NCBI GenBank assembly: GCA_964016885.1
Contig: OZ024741.1
Span: 188,604,001 to 188,668,000, forward strand
DNA: 64,000 nt
From: Eledone cirrhosa
Taxonomy: Eukaryota
Direction of reading: 5' to 3'
The notes beneath the pieces were generated by a model, which searched no databases, was not told the origin of the DNA, and saw nothing but the letters and a program-made list of their open reading frames with translations. Position numbers and translations under genes: made by a program. Of this stretch, positions 1 to 15,232 are shown in pieces; the stretch's first letter is position 1, and each line of letters begins with the position of its first letter.

Positions 1-1028
1 ATTCATGCCTCTCTCTCTCTATCACAGAGTTATACTGTATCAGAACTCCCTATATAGATGTTAAAAGTCTTGCATCAAAAGTGAAATTATAATTGTATAA
101 ATAATTCCAACTTATTTACTCATACACTATATGAGAATAATGATATATGTAATATATATCTATGCAATACTTAAGCTATCACTAATAGCTGTAACACTAG
201 AATATAACCCAAACAAAACGAACCTCGTAACAGATTCGAGTGCTTCGAACAGTGTGCTGCCTGTAACTTGTTACAAACTTAACTAATATATATATATATA
301 TAGGAAGTCAATATCTCAGACACCATCCACTTGCTTCAAGCCCCCCACCCCCCCATGGAGTGCAATATCTGTATTTCTCTCCCTCCTCCCAGCCCTCATT
401 AATACTTCCCCAGCAAGACCAAGGACACTGTTGTAATGAGGTAATGCCGGTGCCATGACAAAAGCACCCAGTCCACCCTGTAAGGTAGTAGTGTCAGAAT
501 CACAATAAAATGATTCTAGTACATGCTGTAAAGCAGTTGGTGTTAAGAAGAGCATCCAGCCATAAGAAACCATGCTTTAAAGTGGTTAACATTAGGAAGA
601 GCATCTAGCTAACCCTACTGATGACATGATCAACTTCTACTGCTGGTGCCATGATAGAATGGACTCAGTATACTTTGGAAAGTGACAGTGTTCTTGCTAC
701 AATAAAATGCGGCTAATACACTCCAAAAAGTGGTAGAGGTGGTGTCAAGATAAAATGCACTTTGTATAACTCTGGAGAGGTGGTATTGATGCCACAATAA
801 AATGCATCCAGTACACTCAGTAAAATGGTGCTAGTGCCATGATAAAATCTCTCCTATCACACCCTATTGTTTTAAAAAAAGGAATGACAAAGGATAATAT
901 AATCTCAGAAATTCTATCTGAAATTAAAAGAGGATGAACCAGGCTGGAACATATTTTGATCATATATCTACTATACCAGAGCTAACCTGAGGCTAAACTA
1001 CATCAATTGTTATTAATACTTTAACAAA

Positions 1029-1436
1029 AGTGGATTGGCAGTATCGGTAGAGCGTCAGACACCATGCTTTGTAGTATAGAGTTATGGACCTTTACATTCT
1101 AAGTTCAAATCCTGTCGAGGTGAGCTTTGCCTTTCATTCTTACGGGATCAATAAAATAAAGTACCAGTCACACACTGGGGTCGATTTAACCGACTTTCCC
1201 CTTCCCTAAAATTGCTGACCTTGTGCCTAAAGTAGAAACAATATTGGTAGAGCACTGGGGCAAATGCTTTGTGGTATTTAGTTAAAACTTTCTACATTCT
1301 GAGCTCAAATCCTGCTTAGGTTAACTTTCCTTTCATCCTTCCGAGGTCAATAATTTCAGTCACGTACTGGAGTCGATGTAATTGACTTTCCCACTCCCCA
1401 CAAATTGTTGGCCTTGTGCCTAAATAAGAAATCATT
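1029..1436 (+). mobile_element. Two tandem copies of tRNA-derived SINE family A
   Basis: gtggattggcagtatcggtagag...gttcaaatcc (A/B boxes)...gcctttcatccttacggggtcgataaaataaagtaccagt...ccttgtgcctaaagtagaaac; recurs more than 10 times in the window. Confidence 0.8.
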
Positions 1437-1877
1437 AATATTTTAAACAAATTTATTTTATTCTTTAGTACATATTTTTTGTTTTTACATTATATGTTTT
1501 GTTATAAATTTTGTCTGCTTTCTTTTGTTTGTTTTTGCTCTCCCAGGTAACGACCTTCATATAATGAGTAGGATTAACTTGGTAAACCGCTGCCCTTGAG
1601 GGGGAGAAGGGGAGACAGGAGAAAGAGAGAGAGTAAAGAAGGGGGAAGAAAAAGAGGAAGGAGTAAGATGGGAGGAGAACAGAGAGTGAATTTAAGAGAG
1701 TAAAAAAAGGAATAGAGAGAAGAGATGGAGGTTGGAGTGTGGAATAGAGAGAAAGAGTGTGAGAAGAGAAAGAGAGAAAGTAGTAAAGAGTAAAGAAGGA
1801 TTATGATATTAGAAGGCTAATTTGAGGAGTTTAAAGCCAGCATACCATTTAAGAGGATAAAGATGGCGGAATAAGAC

Positions 1878-1926
<49 letters not shown>

Positions 1927-2587
1927 GTTGAAGGGAGTAATGACTACTGTCTGTTGTGGTAGAGAGTGGTGGAGCTGGTGAGGGTAGGGATGGGTAGAGG
2001 AGAAGGAATCATTATGGAAGTCAATTGGAGAATATATGTAAGTACATATACATATATGTACACACACAAACATATATATATACACACAAACATATATATA
2101 CACACACATACACATGTAATTCATATTCTTGGTTTTCAAAGGTATTTTTTTATCTTTTGTGAATCCATATGTTCTAATTGTTATATATTATGGAAGGGAT
2201 GTTTGCCAATGAAAGTAAGAAAACAGGCACAGGAAATGAGGTTACTTCTTTAAATTTTTTTCTTATTTCTTCTTAACATTCAGAATTTGTTCTTAATTTA
2301 ATAGGCAAATTACACTTTTATAATATATGTAAGTATATATGAGGAAAAGAAATCGAAAATGCATTTTCGATTTCTTTTCCTTATACTTTCACACATGTTG
2401 GACATCTCGTTTTATTTTGTTTTGTTTTTTTTTATAAAAAAACCCTCATTTTCTTATATATATGGGCAGTGCCCCAGCATGGCCTCAGCCGAATGGCTGG
2501 AACAGGTAAAAGAATATATATATAGAATAAGAAAATGCGAAGTAGTTTCAAATATTAAAGTCCTTTATTGGTAAGGCTGCGATACAT

Positions 2588-2835
2588 ATTTCAGATGCAG
2601 TGTGCAAGAGAGGAGATTGCGTTGGTATGGTCATGTGATGTGTATGAAGCATGGCAGCTGTATAAAAAGATGCAAGGTGATCAAGGTTGATGGAAGCTAT
2701 AGAGTAGGAAGACCCAGAGAGACCTGGGATGAGGTGATAAAAGCTGACTTTGCACAATTACACCTCTCAAAGTCAATGACACAGGATTGAGATCTTTAGT
2801 AATACAGAAAACCCGCCTTACCATGTGCACGGACT
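2588..2835 (+). mobile_element. RTE-clade LINE 3' fragment
   Basis: ORF QERRLRWYGHVM...GRPRETWDEVIK, the typical RTE RT C-terminus. Confidence 0.75.
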
Positions 2836-3089
2836 GAAGTATACATCTAGTATACACCTCTTAACAACTATCCTCCCTCCCCCTTCCATACACCTTCAAT
2901 GTTCTAACACCCCCACCCACATCTGATCACACCACTCTTACACTGTAAAGTTGTTGTGTTGGTATCACAAGAAAAAACATCCAGCCGACACTGTAGTGGT
3001 CATATAGGTGTCATGACAAAAATCACCCAACCCACACTGTAAGGTGATCATGTACGTGTGATGACAAAAATCACCCAGCACACAGTAAA

Positions 3090-6000
3090 TATCCTAGATG
3101 TATACACTGTATGGTAGATATGTCCTAGATATATACTGTATGGTAGATATGTCCTAGATATACACTGTATGGTAGATATGTCCTAGATATACACTGTATG
3201 GTAGATATGTCCTAGATATATACTGTATGGTAGATATGTCCTAGATATACACTGTATGGTAGATATGTCCTAGATATATACTGTATGGTAGATATGTCCT
3301 AGATATATACTGTATGGTAGATATGTCCTAGATATACACTGTATGGTAGATATGTCCTAGATATATACTGTATGGTAGATATGTCCTAGATATACACTGT
3401 ATGGTAGATATGTCCTAGATATATACTGTATGGTAGATATGTCCTAGATATACACTGTATGGTAGATATGTCCTAGATATATACTGTATGGTAGATATGT
3501 CCTAGATATACACTGTATGGTAGATATGTCCTAGATATATACTGTATTGTAGATATGTCCTAGATATACACCGTATGCTAGATATGTCCTAGATATACGC
3601 TGTATGGTAAATATGTCCTAGATATATACTATATGGTAGATATGTCCTAGATATATACTGTATGGTAGATATGTCCTAGATATATACTGTATGGTAGATA
3701 TGTCCTAGATATACACTGTATGGTAGATATGTCCTAGATATATACTGTATGGTAGATATGTCCTAGATATACACTGTATGGTAGATATGTCCTAGATATA
3801 TACTGTATGGTAGATATGTCCTAGATATACACTGTATGGTAGATATGTCCTAGATATATACTGTATGGTAGATATGTCCTAGATATACACTGTATGGTAG
3901 ATATGTCCTAGATATATACTGTATGGTAGATATGTCCTAGATATACACTGTATGGTAGATATGTCCTAGATATATACTGTATGGTAGATATGTCCTAGAT
4001 ATACACTGTATGGTAGATATGTCCTAGATATATACTGTATGGTAGATATGTCCTAGATATATACTGTATGGTAGATATGTCCTAGATATACACTGTATGG
4101 TAGATATGCCCTAGATATATACTGTATGGTAGATATGCCCTAGATATACACTGTATGGTAGATATGTCCTAGATATATACTGTATGGTAGATATGTCCTA
4201 GATATACACTGTATGGTAGATATGTCCTAGATATATACTGTATGATAGATATGTCCTAGATATATACTGTATGGTAGATATGTCCTAGATATATACTGTA
4301 TGATAGATATGTCCTAGATATACACTGTATGGTAGATATGTCCTAGATATATACTGTATGCTAGATATGTCCTAGATATATACTGTATGGTAGATATGTC
4401 CTAGATATACACTGTATGGTAGATATGTCCTAGATACACACTGTATGGTAGATATGTCCTAGATATATACTGTATGGTAGATATGTCCTAGATATACACT
4501 GTATGGTAGATATGTCCTAGATATACACTGTATGGTAGATGTCCTAGATATATACTGTATGGTAGATATATCCTAGATATATATACTGTATGGTAGATAT
4601 GTCCTAGATATGCACTGTATGGTAAATATGTCCTAGATATATACTGTATGGTAGATATGTCCTAGATATATACTGTATGGTAGACATGTCCTAGATATAC
4701 ACTGTATGGTAGATATGTCCTAGATATATACTGTATGGTACATATGTCCTAGATATACACTGTATGGTAGATATGTCCTAGATATACACTGTATGGTAGA
4801 TGTCCTAGATATATACTGTATGGTAGATATGTCCTAGATATACACTGTATGGCAAATATGTCCTAGATATATACTGTATGGTAGATATGTCCTAGATATA
4901 TACTGTATGGTAGACATGTCCTAGATATACACTGTATGGTAGATATGTCCTAGATATATACTGTATGGTACATATGTCCTAGATATACACTGTATGCTAG
5001 ATATGTCCTAGATATATACTGTATGGTAGATATGTCTTAGATATACACTGTATGGTAGATATATCCTAGATATATACTGTATGGTAGATATGTCCTAGAT
5101 ATATACTGTATAGTAGATATGTCCTAGAGATATACTGTATGGTAGATATGTCCTAGATATACACTGTATGGTTGATATGTCCTAGATATATACTGTATGG
5201 TAGATATGTCCTAGAGATATACTGTATGGTAGATATGTCCTAGAGATATACTGTATGGTAGATATGTCCTAGAGATATACTGTATGGTAGATATATCCTA
5301 GATATATACTGTATGGTAGATATGTCCTAGATATATACTGTATAGTAGATATGTCCTAGAGATATACTGTATGGTAGATATGTCCTAGATATACACTGTA
5401 TGGTAGATATGTCCTAGATATATACTGTATGGTAGATATGTCCTAGATATACACTGTATGGTAGATATGTCCTAGATATATATACTGTATGCTAGATATG
5501 TCATAGATATATACTGTATGGTAGATATGCCCTAGATATACACTGTATGGTAGATATGTCCTAGATATACACTGTATGGTAGATATGTCCTAGATATACA
5601 CTGTATGGTAGATGTCCTAGATATATACTGTATGGTAGATATATCCTAGATATATATACTGTATGGTAGATATGTCCTAGATATACACTGTATGGTAAAT
5701 ATGTCCTAGATATACACTGTATGGTAGATATGTCCTAGATATATACTGTATGGTAGATATATCCTAGATATACACTGTATGCTAGATATGTCCTAGATAT
5801 ACACTGTATGCTAGATATGTCCTAGATATATACTGTATGGTAGATATGTCCTAGATATATACTGTATGGTAGATATGTCCTAGATATACACTGTATGGTA
5901 GATATGTCCTAGATATACACTGTATGGTATATATGTCCTAGATATATACTGTATGGTAGATGTGTCCTAGATATATACTGTATGGTAGATATGTCCTAGA

Positions 6001-6700
6001 TATACACTGTATGGTAGATATGTTCTAGATATACACTGTATGGTAAATATGTCCTAGATATATACTGTATGGTATATATGTCCTAGATATATACTGTATG
6101 GTAGATATGTCCTAGATATATACTGTATGGTAGATATGCCCTAGATATACACTGTATGGTAGATATGTCCTAGATATATACTGTATTGTAGATATGTCCT
6201 AGATATACACCGTATGCTAGATATGTCCTAGATATACGCTGTATGGTAAATATGTCCTAGATATATACTATATGGTAGATATGTCCTAGATATATACTGT
6301 ATGGTAGATATGTCCTAGATATACACTGTATGGTAGATATGTCCTAGATATATACTGTATTGTAGATATGTCCTAGATATACACCGTATGCTAGATATGT
6401 CCTAGATATACGCTGTATGGTAAATATGTCCTAGATATATACTATATGGTAGATATGTCCTAGATATATACTGTATGGTAGATATGTCCTAGATATATAC
6501 TGTATGGTAGATATGTCCTAGATATACACTGTATGGTAGATATGTCCTAGATATATACTGTATGGTAGATATGTCCTAGATATACACTGTATGGTAGATA
6601 TGTCCTAGATATACACTGTATGGTAGATATGTCCTAGATATACACTGTATGGTAGATATGTCCTAGATATATACTATATTGTAGATATATCTTGAACACA
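3090..6700. repeat. 29-bp tandem satellite (GTCCTAGATATAYACTGTATGGTAGATAT), about 124 monomers
   Basis: Period 29 (gtcc at 3122, 3151, ...); TATAT and TACAC variants often alternate. Confidence 0.97.
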
Positions 6701-6971
6701 CGATGTATGGTTGATATGTCTTAAAGATATATGGTGTTTGGAAGATCCCCACTGCCTCTAGCACTATCACCATTGCCCCAAACACCATCATGAAAACCAA
6801 TTACCTCTACCACCACTAGCAGCACAACAACAATAATTATAATTATTGAGAAGTAAATACATATCAAGCAGCTTAAAGGTGTGAAACACTGAATAGATTA
6901 TAGGTTTTTTTCTTCTTCATAATTATATAGATAGTGTATATTGGAGTGATATACACACACTCATTCCTATA

Positions 6972-6972
<1 letters not shown>

Positions 6973-7014
<42 letters not shown>

Positions 7015-7018
7015 TATC

Positions 7019-7049
<31 letters not shown>

Positions 7050-7163
7050 TATATATATATATATATATTATATATATATATACATATATATATATTATAT
7101 ATATATATATACATACATATATATTATATATATATATATACATACATATATATATATATATAT

Positions 7164-7209
<46 letters not shown>

Positions 7210-7403
7210 ATACATATATTATATATATATATATATTATATATATATATATATATATATGTATATGTATATATATATATATTTATATATATAATATATGT
7301 ATATATATATATATTATATATATATTATATATATATATACATATATATAATATATATATATATACATATATTATATATATAAATATATTATATATATATA
7401 TAC

Positions 7404-7448
<45 letters not shown>

Positions 7449-7525
7449 ATATATATTATATATATATACATATATATATTATATATATACATATATATAT
7501 ACATATATATCTATATATATATATA
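6973..7525. repeat. Interrupted (TA)n microsatellite
   Basis: Direct inspection. Confidence 0.95.
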
Positions 7526-7975
7526 AACGGAAAAAATGAAACAAAATTTCATTTCCCACTCTTAGTACGGCTGTTACTTAAATATAAGTATGTATACGTA
7601 CATACATATATGTTTACAGACATACAGTAGTATGTATATATATATATACATACATGCACACATATATATATGTACGTATGGATTCACCGAACATTTATTA
7701 TAATGCTCGGTGTGTTTGTAAACAAACATCCCGTATTAAGCCGTAGTGTCCAGCAACCATCATTGCTCGTTTGTTCAACACTGACAAAGGAATGCTGTAC
7801 TAGTTTCAAGCTTATTAGCTATCGTAAGCAACGTATACCTTCCTGCCAGATTGTTGAATGTATATACTTACCTTATGCATATTAACGGCTGAGTAGCCCA
7901 ATTTGCATATCGAGTGGGTTAATCGGCCGGGTGCACCGAAAACGATAAACGATATATATATACATATATATATGC

Positions 7976-9042
7976 CATCATCATCATCATCATCAACGTT
8001 TAACGTCCGTGTTCCACGCTTGCATGGGTTTGGACGGGGGTAGTCCCACTTGAGGCAAGAGTGATTGTCTTGCTCGCATAGGACTGTCTGGCAGGTTTTC
8101 TACAGTTGGATGCCCTTCCTAACACCAACCACATTTACAGCGTGGGTCTGGGAGGTTTTTACCGTGTTGCCTACACGGCCACATTACAGCGTGGACTGTG
8201 TGTTTTTTGTCGTGACACCTACACGATCTCATTTGTTTCGGCCTCGATGGCGCGGCACCAACATAACTTTACATAGAACGGGGTGGTGTGGATGGGTGGG
8301 GGTGGTGGTGGTGAGACGGGGTGTATTTTGTTAGAGATGCCTACTGGCTGGAGTAGGTTTTACTATATATTTAGGTAAGGCGGGTCTTCTCTGTTACTGA
8401 GTACCGCCAAAGGTCTCGGTCCAGTGACATTGTCTTGGAGAGGTGTAAGTGTGTGATGTCGGAGTTTATCAGCTCGTCCCAGGTTTTTCTAGGTCTGCCT
8501 ATTCCGTGACTACCGTCTATCTTTATTGCCCTGCACTTTGTTATACAGCTATCGACTTTCATGCGCATCACGTGTCCATACCAACGTAGCCTTCTCTCGA
8601 GTAAACAACATCTGATCCCTCTTATCTCTAATTTTTTCCTTAGTTCGTTTATGCTTTGCCGTTCACGTATATTACTGTTACACATCCAGCGGAGCATGCG
8701 AGCTTCGTTCCTCTCTAGTCTGCGTATATCCTCTGCACACAATGCCCAGGTCTCACTGCCATGCAGCATTGCTGTTCGTATGCAGGCATCGTACAACCTG
8801 CCTTTCATTTTTAGTGAGAACCCTTTAGCAGCTAATAGTGGTATAAGCTCTCTGAACTTTTTCCAACCAGTTCTGACTCTAGCTACAGTACTTTCAGAGC
8901 ACCCTCCCCCACTGCTGATTTTATCGCCCAGGTAACGGAAGCTGTCCACTATTTCTATAGAACCCTCTGCGCAATTGAAAGAGCTAGTATTTTGTGGGCA
9001 CTTGCTGCTACTTATTGCACCAGAGCACCGGCCACATGTAAA

Positions 9043-9043
<1 letters not shown>
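7976..9043 (-). mobile_element. 5'-truncated RTE-clade LINE with (GAT)n tail
   Basis: ORF 8371..9096: FRYLGD...GWKKFREL...LHGSETW...LRWYGHVMRM...GRPRKTW; 3'UTR ends aaacgttgatgatgat. Confidence 0.9.
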
Positions 9044-9102
<59 letters not shown>

Positions 9103-9117
9103 TTTAATATAGATGAG

Positions 9118-9164
9118 ATTCTACAGGACTAGAACTGTTTCATTCTTTAGAAATCATCAGGAAT
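9118..9164 (-). ncRNA. Type I hammerhead ribozyme, isolated between (TA)n tracts
   Basis: Minus strand ATTC-CTGATGA-tTTCTaaAGAAt-GAAA-CAGttctagtcCTG-TA/GAAT: all three stems, the core and a GUA cleavage triplet. Confidence 0.7.
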
Positions 9165-9837
<673 letters not shown>

Positions 9838-9838
<1 letters not shown>

Positions 9839-10410
9839 GTATAAAAAAGTGCAGGGCAATAAAAATAGACGGTAGCCACGGAGTAGGCAGACCCAGAAAA
9901 ACCTGGGACGACTTGATAAATTCCGACCTCACACACTTACACCTCTCCAAGACAATGTCACTGGACCGAGACCTTTGGCGCTACACAGTAATAGAGAAGA
10001 CCCGCCTTACCTAAGTACAAAGTGAAACCTACTACAGTCAGTAGGCACCTCTAACAAAATACACCCCCATCCCACTACCCTCACCTCATCCACACCACCC
10101 CTTTCAACGTAAAGTTATGTTGGTACCACAACATCCAGCCCGAAACAAATGAGGTCGTGTAGGTGTCACGACAAAAAAAACACACAGTCCACGCTGTAAT
10201 GTGGCCATGTAGGTAACACGGTAAAAACCTCCCAGTTCTACACTGTAAATGTGGTTGGTGTTAGGAAGGGCATCGAGCTGTAGAAAACCCGCCAGACAGT
10301 CCTATGCGAGCAAGACAACCACTCTTGCCTCAAGTGGGAAAACTCCCGTCCAAACCCATGCAAGCGTGGAATATGGATGTTAAACGATGATGATGATGAT
10401 GATGATGATG
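9838..10410 (+). mobile_element. RTE-clade LINE 3' end, inverted relative to the 7976-9043 copy
   Basis: Reverse-complement similarity to about 7976-8545; ends in (GAT)n. Confidence 0.88.
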
Positions 10411-10478
10411 ATATATATATATATAGTGACGAAACATAAGTCAATTGCATGAACTCATAATCCTTTATTCCTTTATTT

Positions 10479-10534
10479 ACTGCTATATATATTTCGATGA
10501 TAGCCATTGAGTGGCTATGACCTCATCAGGCAGT
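10479..10534 (-). ncRNA. Minimal type I hammerhead ribozyme in a ~165-bp module (10425-10591)
   Basis: ACTGC-CTGATGA-ggtcATAGCCActcaaTGGCTATcatc-GAAA-tatata-TA-GCAGT; second copy at 48033-48088. Confidence 0.8.
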
Positions 10535-10603
10535 TAGTCAGTTCTTATATATGCCAGCTCTGTGTTTATGGTGTTGATTGTAACAGAGCCTTATATATAT
10601 ATA

Positions 10604-10940
10604 TGGCTTAGTGGTTAGAGCATTGGCCTTGCAATCAAAAGGTTGTGAGTTCAATTCTCAGATTGGGTGATGTGTTGTTTCCTTGAGCAAGACACTTTAT
10701 TTCACATTGCTCCAGTTTACTCAGCTGTAGAAATGAGATGATAGGGACTGGGGCCCCTATCATTCCACTACAAAGTGGTTGTGGAGGTGCCACGGCAAAA
10801 AAGCACCCAGCACTCACTGTAAATGAGGTTGGTATTAGGAAGGGCATCCAGCTGTAGAAATCAAGCCAGAATCAGTTCCCGTCCCACCCTTGCAAGCAGG
10901 GAAAAAGCGGACGTAAAATGACATGATGAAATGATGATGA

Positions 10941-10945
<5 letters not shown>
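10604..10945 (+). mobile_element. tRNA-derived SINE family B (CORE-like centre, RTE-like tail)
   Basis: tagtggttagagc...gagttcaattctc (A/B boxes), ccttgagcaagacacttt central domain, 3' tail shared with the RTE LINE. Other copies at 12617-12878, 49015-49410, 62398-62745. Confidence 0.8.
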
Positions 10946-10975
<30 letters not shown>

Positions 10976-11816
10976 GTGTGTGTGTGTATACCCACCCCAA
11001 TCAATATACACAATCTATATAATGTATACACACACACACATATATATATATATATTAAAATAATGTTATCTCTGATTGAGACGAAGCAAGAGTGTATTTG
11101 AATAGATATAAAAATGATTAAACTCATCGCTAGAACAGCCGTTAAAACAGCTAAATGCTGTCAAAGAGAGTGATGTGCAAAAATTCCTCAGAGGACAGAG
11201 ACCAGAGACCAGTGGTCAACAAAGAGACAATCCACAAGGTGGGTGACAGGCAGATGAAACACAGAAAAGATTGATAGAAGAGGAGGAAGACAAGGAGAAG
11301 TGAGCTGGTGCACAGAAGTGACTGGAAGAAGGAAATAAAGGAAAATGATGTACAAGACACGTTTCACAAAAGCTCACCAAGTAGAGATGAGAAGATATGA
11401 TGGATAGACAATGATAGGCAATGGTGTAAATTCTAAAGAACATCTAAAGTTCTGTCACCATTCTCAAGCTAAGAATAGGATATTTTATACCAAAATATTA
11501 ACTGTATAAACAGTTTATTGAAAAAAGTACAATGGATGCACAAAGATTTTAGCAACAAAGAAGATTCTGAAAACTATCTGAAGTTCTGTAATAATTCTTC
11601 AAGCTAAAAATAGAGCATTTTATGCCATAATACTAGCTATGTAAACAAGTGAGTAAAATAAATCCATATACTATGGCTTTCTTATTTCATTTAATCTGTA
11701 TAAGCAGTATTCCTGAAATAGGTTCTAAATATTTTATTTTAACTTTCCTATTCTCTCTCTCTCTCCTTTTTTTGTTTTTACTTGTCTCTGTCATTAAAAT
11801 GCAGTCATGATGAGGT

Positions 11817-11854
<38 letters not shown>

Positions 11855-11904
11855 ACACGTACACATAAATTCCAGAAATGACACAAATTTTTTAATGTCT
11901 CCAC

Positions 11905-12107
11905 TCATTTCTTCAAACAGTCAAGACACATTTTTTGATAATATTCAATTGGTTTGAGAACTTTGTTAGGATCTTTTCCTTCTTCATCCCACTTTCTAGC
12001 TTGGATTATCAAGTCAAACATTGGTTGGCGTTCAAATTCTTCAGCTTCTTCTTGTGTCATTCTTCCACCTTGCAGTTCCAAAGTCTTTTTACTGGCATCA
12101 GTCAAAG
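11905..12107 (-). CDS. phnZ: PhnZ-like coding exon 3 (TLTDASKKTLELQGG...CLKK*)
   Basis: Acceptor ttcaatttcccag|CT completes codon ACT; QGG and RxWD motifs; TGA stop at 11905. Confidence 0.9.
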
Positions 12108-14982
12108 CTGGGAAATTGAATAAGAAAATGGTATTGAAAACATTTTTTTTGAGAATTCATCATTTATTCAATAAACAAAATCTCACAATATCATGAAAGG
12201 CCATTGGCATTATATAAAAATAATTTAGCAGTATCTAATATCTAGGATATATCTACTATACAGTGTATCTAATAAAAACAAAACACACTACTAAAGGGAA
12301 CAGAAAAAGAAGAAGAAAAAAGAAATGAAAAGGAGAAAAAGAAAGAAGGATCAAACAGTGAAAGAAAGGGACTGGGTAAAGTGATAGTCACTACACCCCA
12401 GTAGGAACGGTACCCCCCCTGGACAAAACAGTAAAAGCGTTACTGCAGAGATTCCTGCCACCTCACGTGTGCCATCGTCTTTCTAACTTTACGAAGGAAA
12501 TCAGCAGTGCGAGGACCAAGGATACCATAGAGACCTGTGCAAAGAGGAAGTAGTCGATCAGGCTCCAGTATTTGACTACCTTCCTCTCCTTTGCATCTGG
12601 TTCAATTCTTTGCATCGAGTTAAATTCTCAGATTGGGTGATGTGTTGTTTCCTTGAGCAAGACACTTTATTTCACATTGCTCCAGTTTACTCAGCTGTAG
12701 AAATGAGATGATAGGGACTGCAAAGTGGTCGTGGAGGTGCCACGGAAAAAAAGCACCCAGCACTCACTGTAAATGAGGTTGGTGTTAAGAAGGGCATCCA
12801 GCTGTAGAAATCAAGCCAGAATCAGTTCCTGTCTCACCCTTGCAAGCAGGGAAAAAGCGGACATGAAATGAAATGAAATAATAGTTGTTTCTACTTTTGG
12901 CACAAGGCCAGCAATTATCCCAGTGCATTACTGGTACTTTATTTTATTGACCCCGTAAGGATGAAAGGCAAAGTTAACCTCGGTGGGATTTGAACTCAGA
13001 ACGTAAAGGGCCATAACTCTATGCTGTAAAGCATGATGTCTGCCAATTCAATGCCTTTATTATTATTATATTAGAAATATAATAATAAAAGGGTTAAGGG
13101 AAATATAGCTGCTATATCTAGCTGGTCAAGCAATCTTGCAGAGACTCCTTGAATGACTAATTAAATATAATATTATTTTAGATGGTTGGTTATGATTAAA
13201 GTAAAATATGGCTGCGTTTCTTGTGAAGATCGTTTTGAAGATAAAAGTGAAATTAAAAACTACTCACTGTCATAATAGAATTTATTTTTGAAGACGAGAT
13301 ATCTCTTAGCATTGACATGGTGTCTGGCAATGTTGCAAATGATGGGAGAAAAATTTCTAGCTTCCAGATAGTCTGCAGCAACATTTTCATGATCTGAAGT
13401 TCCCAAAGTGACACCATCAACAATCATTAGATCCTGTTTCCCTTCCATTTGCAGGAAATGTCCAAAGTCATGGAAGAATGCTCCAAGAATGACCTTAAAA
13501 CAAAGCAAGGAATAAAAATTAACTAATAATTCAATAATTTCAAGACTTTCAACTACATTCCTTGCTATCCACACATACAAAAAATACTTAACAGTAATGT
13601 TAAGTGGTGAGCATGCCTTATTGGATGTATAATGTTAGTGTGAATGAATGGTGGAGTGTGCAGGGGTTAAGAAGAAAACTGAGTTTAAAAAGAATCAGGT
13701 GTAGTGTACAAAAGAGAGGGCTGCACTGGTAAGGACATGTAATATGCATGGGGTATGTTAGTTTTATAAAGAAGTGTTGACCCATTAAAGATAATGGAAA
13801 CTGTGAAAAAAGACTTAGGAAGACACAGGATGAAGTGGTGTAAACCGACTTCAAGAAGCTGAACCTCAGAATAAGATGACACAGCATGATCATCACAGAA
13901 TCAACACTTTTGGTCAATTCCATTTCTGATCACATTGGCTTGAAAGTTGTGTGTTAGGATGTATTATTATTATCATCATCCTCATGAGGGTGGTGGATTG
14001 GCAGTATCAGTAGAGCATTGGACACCATGCCTTACAGCATAGAGTTACGGCCATTTATGTTCTGATTTCAAATCCCACCAAGGTTAGCTTTGCCTTTCAT
14101 CCTTACGGGGTCGATAAAATAAAGTACCAGTAATGCACTGGGGTCGATTTAATCGACTTTCCCCCCCCCAAAGTTGTTGGCCTTGTGCTTAAATCAGAAA
14201 CCATTATCATCATCATTATCATTAACATTATCATTATCACTGCACCTTCACCACCATCATCCATTTATCTCTGCCTATCTCAGCCATTATCCACCATTGC
14301 TAACTCTAGCTCTCTCTCCTCTTAGTCATGGCACCTTCTGCTAGAGACCATCATTCTTCTCCCTCTTACTCTCTCTCTCTCTCTCTATCCACTCATATCA
14401 TTCTCTCACTCTGCTGCTATCCAGTTCTCTGCCATCCCTCTGCTCTACTGCTGTTATCAACCTTCTATTAGCAATCAGCATATGGCCCCATCATACAGTC
14501 TACTCCACCACACTCATAACCATACATCTCTGTCCATCTTACCCATTTATTCTATTCTCTTCTTGGAACAAAGCAGTCTCCTTTCTAGCCACCATACTCC
14601 TTTGTCCACTCTTGATCACACTGTCCACAGTACAAGGCAGGCTTTCTAGTGTTGGTTTCACTATGAAAGGTATCCAGTAAAGTCTATAAAGAGCTTGGTG
14701 TTTGAACAATAATAACATAGAATAGAGAGAACTCTTTGATTACCCTTCTAATACTGGTGCCATGATAAAGCACATATGGGAAGGTGTGGCATTTAAGGAA
14801 TTGGTAGCCCTAGCATTTCAGCATGAATGCTCCTTCTCAGCAACAGCAGCAGTTCTTTTGCTTTCAGTTGTTTGGGCACTACTGTGAATCAGATTGCAAA
14901 AGTTGTGTTGGTTTTGTGCTGCTCCCTAGAAATCAACCAGTATTGAGACCTTTTAAGATGATTTTTGGCAACCCTTGTACAT

Positions 14983-15019
<37 letters not shown>

Positions 15020-15196
15020 TGTACGTATACAACTATGGATCTATAAATTTATTTACATGTCTGTTTGAGTACACGTGATAGATCGACCTCATTAAAACTT
15101 ATATGTACATACATAAATACACACACACACACACATATATATGTGTGTGTGTGTATTCACATATATATATATATATATGTGTGTGTGTGTATTCAC

Positions 15197-15232
<36 letters not shown>

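Noticed and set aside
1029-1120. tRNA genes at SINE heads
   Set aside because: A/B boxes continue into SINE bodies; no complete cloverleaf.
3090-6700. CRISPR-like regular 29-bp repeats
   Set aside because: No unique spacers and no cas genes; a head-to-tail eukaryotic satellite.
7864-7875. ATACTTACC resembling the U1 snRNA 5' end
   Set aside because: No further U1 similarity.
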